From Terriglobales bacterium (GTDB lineage Bacteria > Acidobacteriota > Terriglobia > Terriglobales > SCQP01), in contig DATKSZ010000063.1 of NCBI GenBank assembly GCA_035531375.1, positions 66,021 to 130,020 on the forward strand: DNA of 64,000 bases, written 5' to 3'. The notes beneath the pieces are model-generated. The model searched no databases. It worked only from the letters and a program-made list of their open reading frames with translations, and was not told where the DNA came from. Shown here one piece after another: positions 62,525 to 64,000 of the stretch. How positions within the stretch are numbered: the first letter of the stretch is position 1; the number at the start of each line of letters is the position of its first letter. A program made the position numbers and the translations under genes.

Positions 62525-64000
62525 ATGGCGGACTACAACTTCCTACTCGAGACCCGGTTGAGCCAGGACCAGCAGTTGGCGCTGCAGATCCTGCAGCGGG
62601 TGTGCCGCGGCGCGGGCCTCAACGTCTACCTGACCGGCGGACCGATGCGCGACCTGCTGGCGGGCCAGCCGGTGCGGTTTTTGAACTGTACCACCGAGGG
62701 CGACCCGGTGGGGCTGGCGGCGAAGTTGCAGGCGGAGGGGGCGGAGCGGCTGAGCGCGCAGGCCGAGCAGCACAGCCTGAATTTCGGCCTGCGGGGCTGC
62801 CGCATGCGGCTGGCGGCGGCGGGGGCGGGGGCGGGCACCATCGTCGAGGATCTGCGCGGGCGCGGGCTGACGCTCAACTCCATCGGGCTGTCGCTGAATC
62901 CCGGCTCGCGCGGCCTGCCGCTGGACCCCACCAACGGCGCGGCCGATATCGAGGCGCGCCTGATCCGAATGAACCATCCCTACGTCTTCCTGGAGGAGCC
63001 CATCGTGCTGCTGCGGGCGGTGCGGCTGGCCACCCGGCTGCAGTTTGCGCTGGAGGAGCGCACCCAGGCGCGGATGCAGTCGGCGCGGGAAGGGAACTAC
63101 GTGGCGCAGGCAACGCCGGTGGCCCGCGGCCAGGAACTGGAGGCGATCGCCTATGACCCCGACCCGGCGGCGGTGCTGCGCGCGCTGGAGAAGGAACAGT
63201 GGCTGGAGGCCGCCTTCGGCAAGGGGATTCGCACCAACAAGATGAACCTGGGCGGGTTGAGCCGACTGACGGCGACGGTGGAGTCTTGGGAGCAGTTGGG
63301 GCTGACGGTGGACGTGGGGCTGGTGGCGATGGCGCTGCTGCTGGGCGGGCTGGCGCCGGCCGACCAGTCGCGCTTGGCCAAGCTGGTGCCCAGCCGCCAT
63401 CTGGGCACGGAGTGGAAAAAGGTGGTGGGGGAGGCGGAGGCACTGGAAAAGCGCTTGCTGGCGCTGCCCAGCGGCGGGGCCGCCCCCTGGCTGCGGCGGG
63501 CGCAAGAGGCGATCGAGAAGGCGCTGCCGGAGGGCGTAGTCTACGCCAGCCTGGAGCCCAGCAACGCCCGCGCCGGGAAGAAATTAAAGGAGTTTCAAGC
63601 CCAGGCGCTGCAACTGCGGCAGCGGCTGCCGTTGGGGGTGCTGCGCGGGCTCGGACTGGCGCCCCATTCGCTGGAGGCGGAGGAGCTGCTGCGCCCCTGG
63701 TATCGGCGATTGTTGAACGGCGAGGGCTTGACCGAGGCCGAACTGGCGGAAGGCCTGCGCGCGGCCGTGGCGGCGACGCGGCCGGCGCCAGCCGCCCCGG
63801 CGGCGCCGCCGCTTGGCCGGGCGGGCAAGGCCGCCCGGGGAGCGTCCCCGGCGGCCGCACCCCCGCCGGCCCCAGCGCCGGAGAAGGCGGTGGACAAGGC
63901 TGCCGGCCCGCGCTCGGGCAAGGCCGCCGCTCCTGCCAAGCCCGCGCCCGCCGCCGCCAAACATGCCCCGGCGGGTGCGGCCCGCCACAAGCCGGCGCCG
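62525..64000 (+). CDS. CCA-adding enzyme / poly(A) polymerase family protein with degenerate catalytic motif and Ala/Lys/Pro-rich C-terminal tail (partial, runs off right edge)
   Basis: Own translation from ATG 62525 shows no stop through 64000, which is why it is absent from the track. VYLTGGPMRDLLAGQPVRFLNCTT stands where GGxVRDxLLGxxxxDxDxxT is expected. EDLRGRGLTLNSIG corresponds to EDLxRRDFTINA, and EEPIVLLRAVRLATRLQF to DPLRxLRAxRF. The tail reads ...GKAAAPAKPAPAAAKHAPAGAARHKPAP. Confidence 0.6.
   Translation, partial: MADYNFLLETRLSQDQQLALQILQRVCRGAGLNVYLTGGPMRDLLAGQPVRFLNCTTEGDPVGLAAKLQAEGAERLSAQAEQHSLNFGLRGCRMRLAAAGAGAGTIVEDLRGRGLTLNSIGLSLNPGSRGLPLDPTNGAADIEARLIRMNHPYVFLEEPIVLLRAVRLATRLQFALEERTQARMQSAREGNYVAQATPVARGQELEAIAYDPDPAAVLRALEKEQWLEAAFGKGIRTNKMNLGGLSRLTATVESWEQLGLTVDVGLVAMALLLGGLAPADQSRLAKLVPSRHLGTEWKKVVGEAEALEKRLLALPSGGAAPWLRRAQEAIEKALPEGVVYASLEPSNARAGKKLKEFQAQALQLRQRLPLGVLRGLGLAPHSLEAEELLRPWYRRLLNGEGLTEAELAEGLRAAVAATRPAPAAPAAPPLGRAGKAARGASPAAAPPPAPAPEKAVDKAAGPRSGKAAAPAKPAPAAAKHAPAGAARHKPAP

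Overview
This 64-kb window is very GC-rich (about 70% by eye) and looks chromosomal, from a diderm bacterium: LptE, LpxD, a TonB-like protein, BON, HtrA and PssA are all present. Gene content and order remind me of Acidobacteriota, but I could not verify that. Coding is dense, and neighbouring genes very often overlap by 4 nt at start/stop (ATGA, GTGA or TTGA).

Main blocks:
- **3059-8787 (-):** a replication/envelope operon, tmk-holB-hfq-like-pssA-asd-like-lptE-holA.
- **8786-13078 (+):** yggS, an M24 peptidase, two membrane proteins, a bacilliredoxin and fahA.
- **13115-18846:** two convergent ECF sigma/anti-sigma units flanking two HEAT-repeat exported proteins, one of them frameshifted.
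- **22257-29708 (-):** rimP-nusA-infB-DUF503-rbfA-CDGSH, then glyA.
- **31055-32067:** a dGTPase, then a roughly 1-kb lower-GC islet carrying a HEPN protein and an unknown partner.
- **34989-49940:** ribF, gpsA-plsY, dnaG-rpoD, htrA, an aldehyde dehydrogenase, ald, and hrcA-grpE-dnaJ-rsmE with no dnaK.
- **49944-55403:** an M61 peptidase with a peptide-type ABC importer lacking ATPase genes.
- **55405-59135:** a third ECF sigma directly followed by a TPR-CHAT caspase-like protein, then a structured 97-99-bp tandem repeat.
- **59139-64000:** lpxD, xerD and a degenerate CCA/poly(A)-polymerase-family gene that runs off the right edge.

I saw no rRNA, tRNA, transposase, integrase-bounded element or CRISPR array. 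Many long ORFs in the track are antisense or out-of-frame shadows typical of high-GC DNA and are not called.

All functional calls rest on motif recognition in the supplied or hand-made translations. No database search was run.

The best candidates for something new are the sigma/TPR-CHAT pair with its adjacent repeat, the HEPN islet, and the two leader/terminator regions upstream of rimP and glyA.
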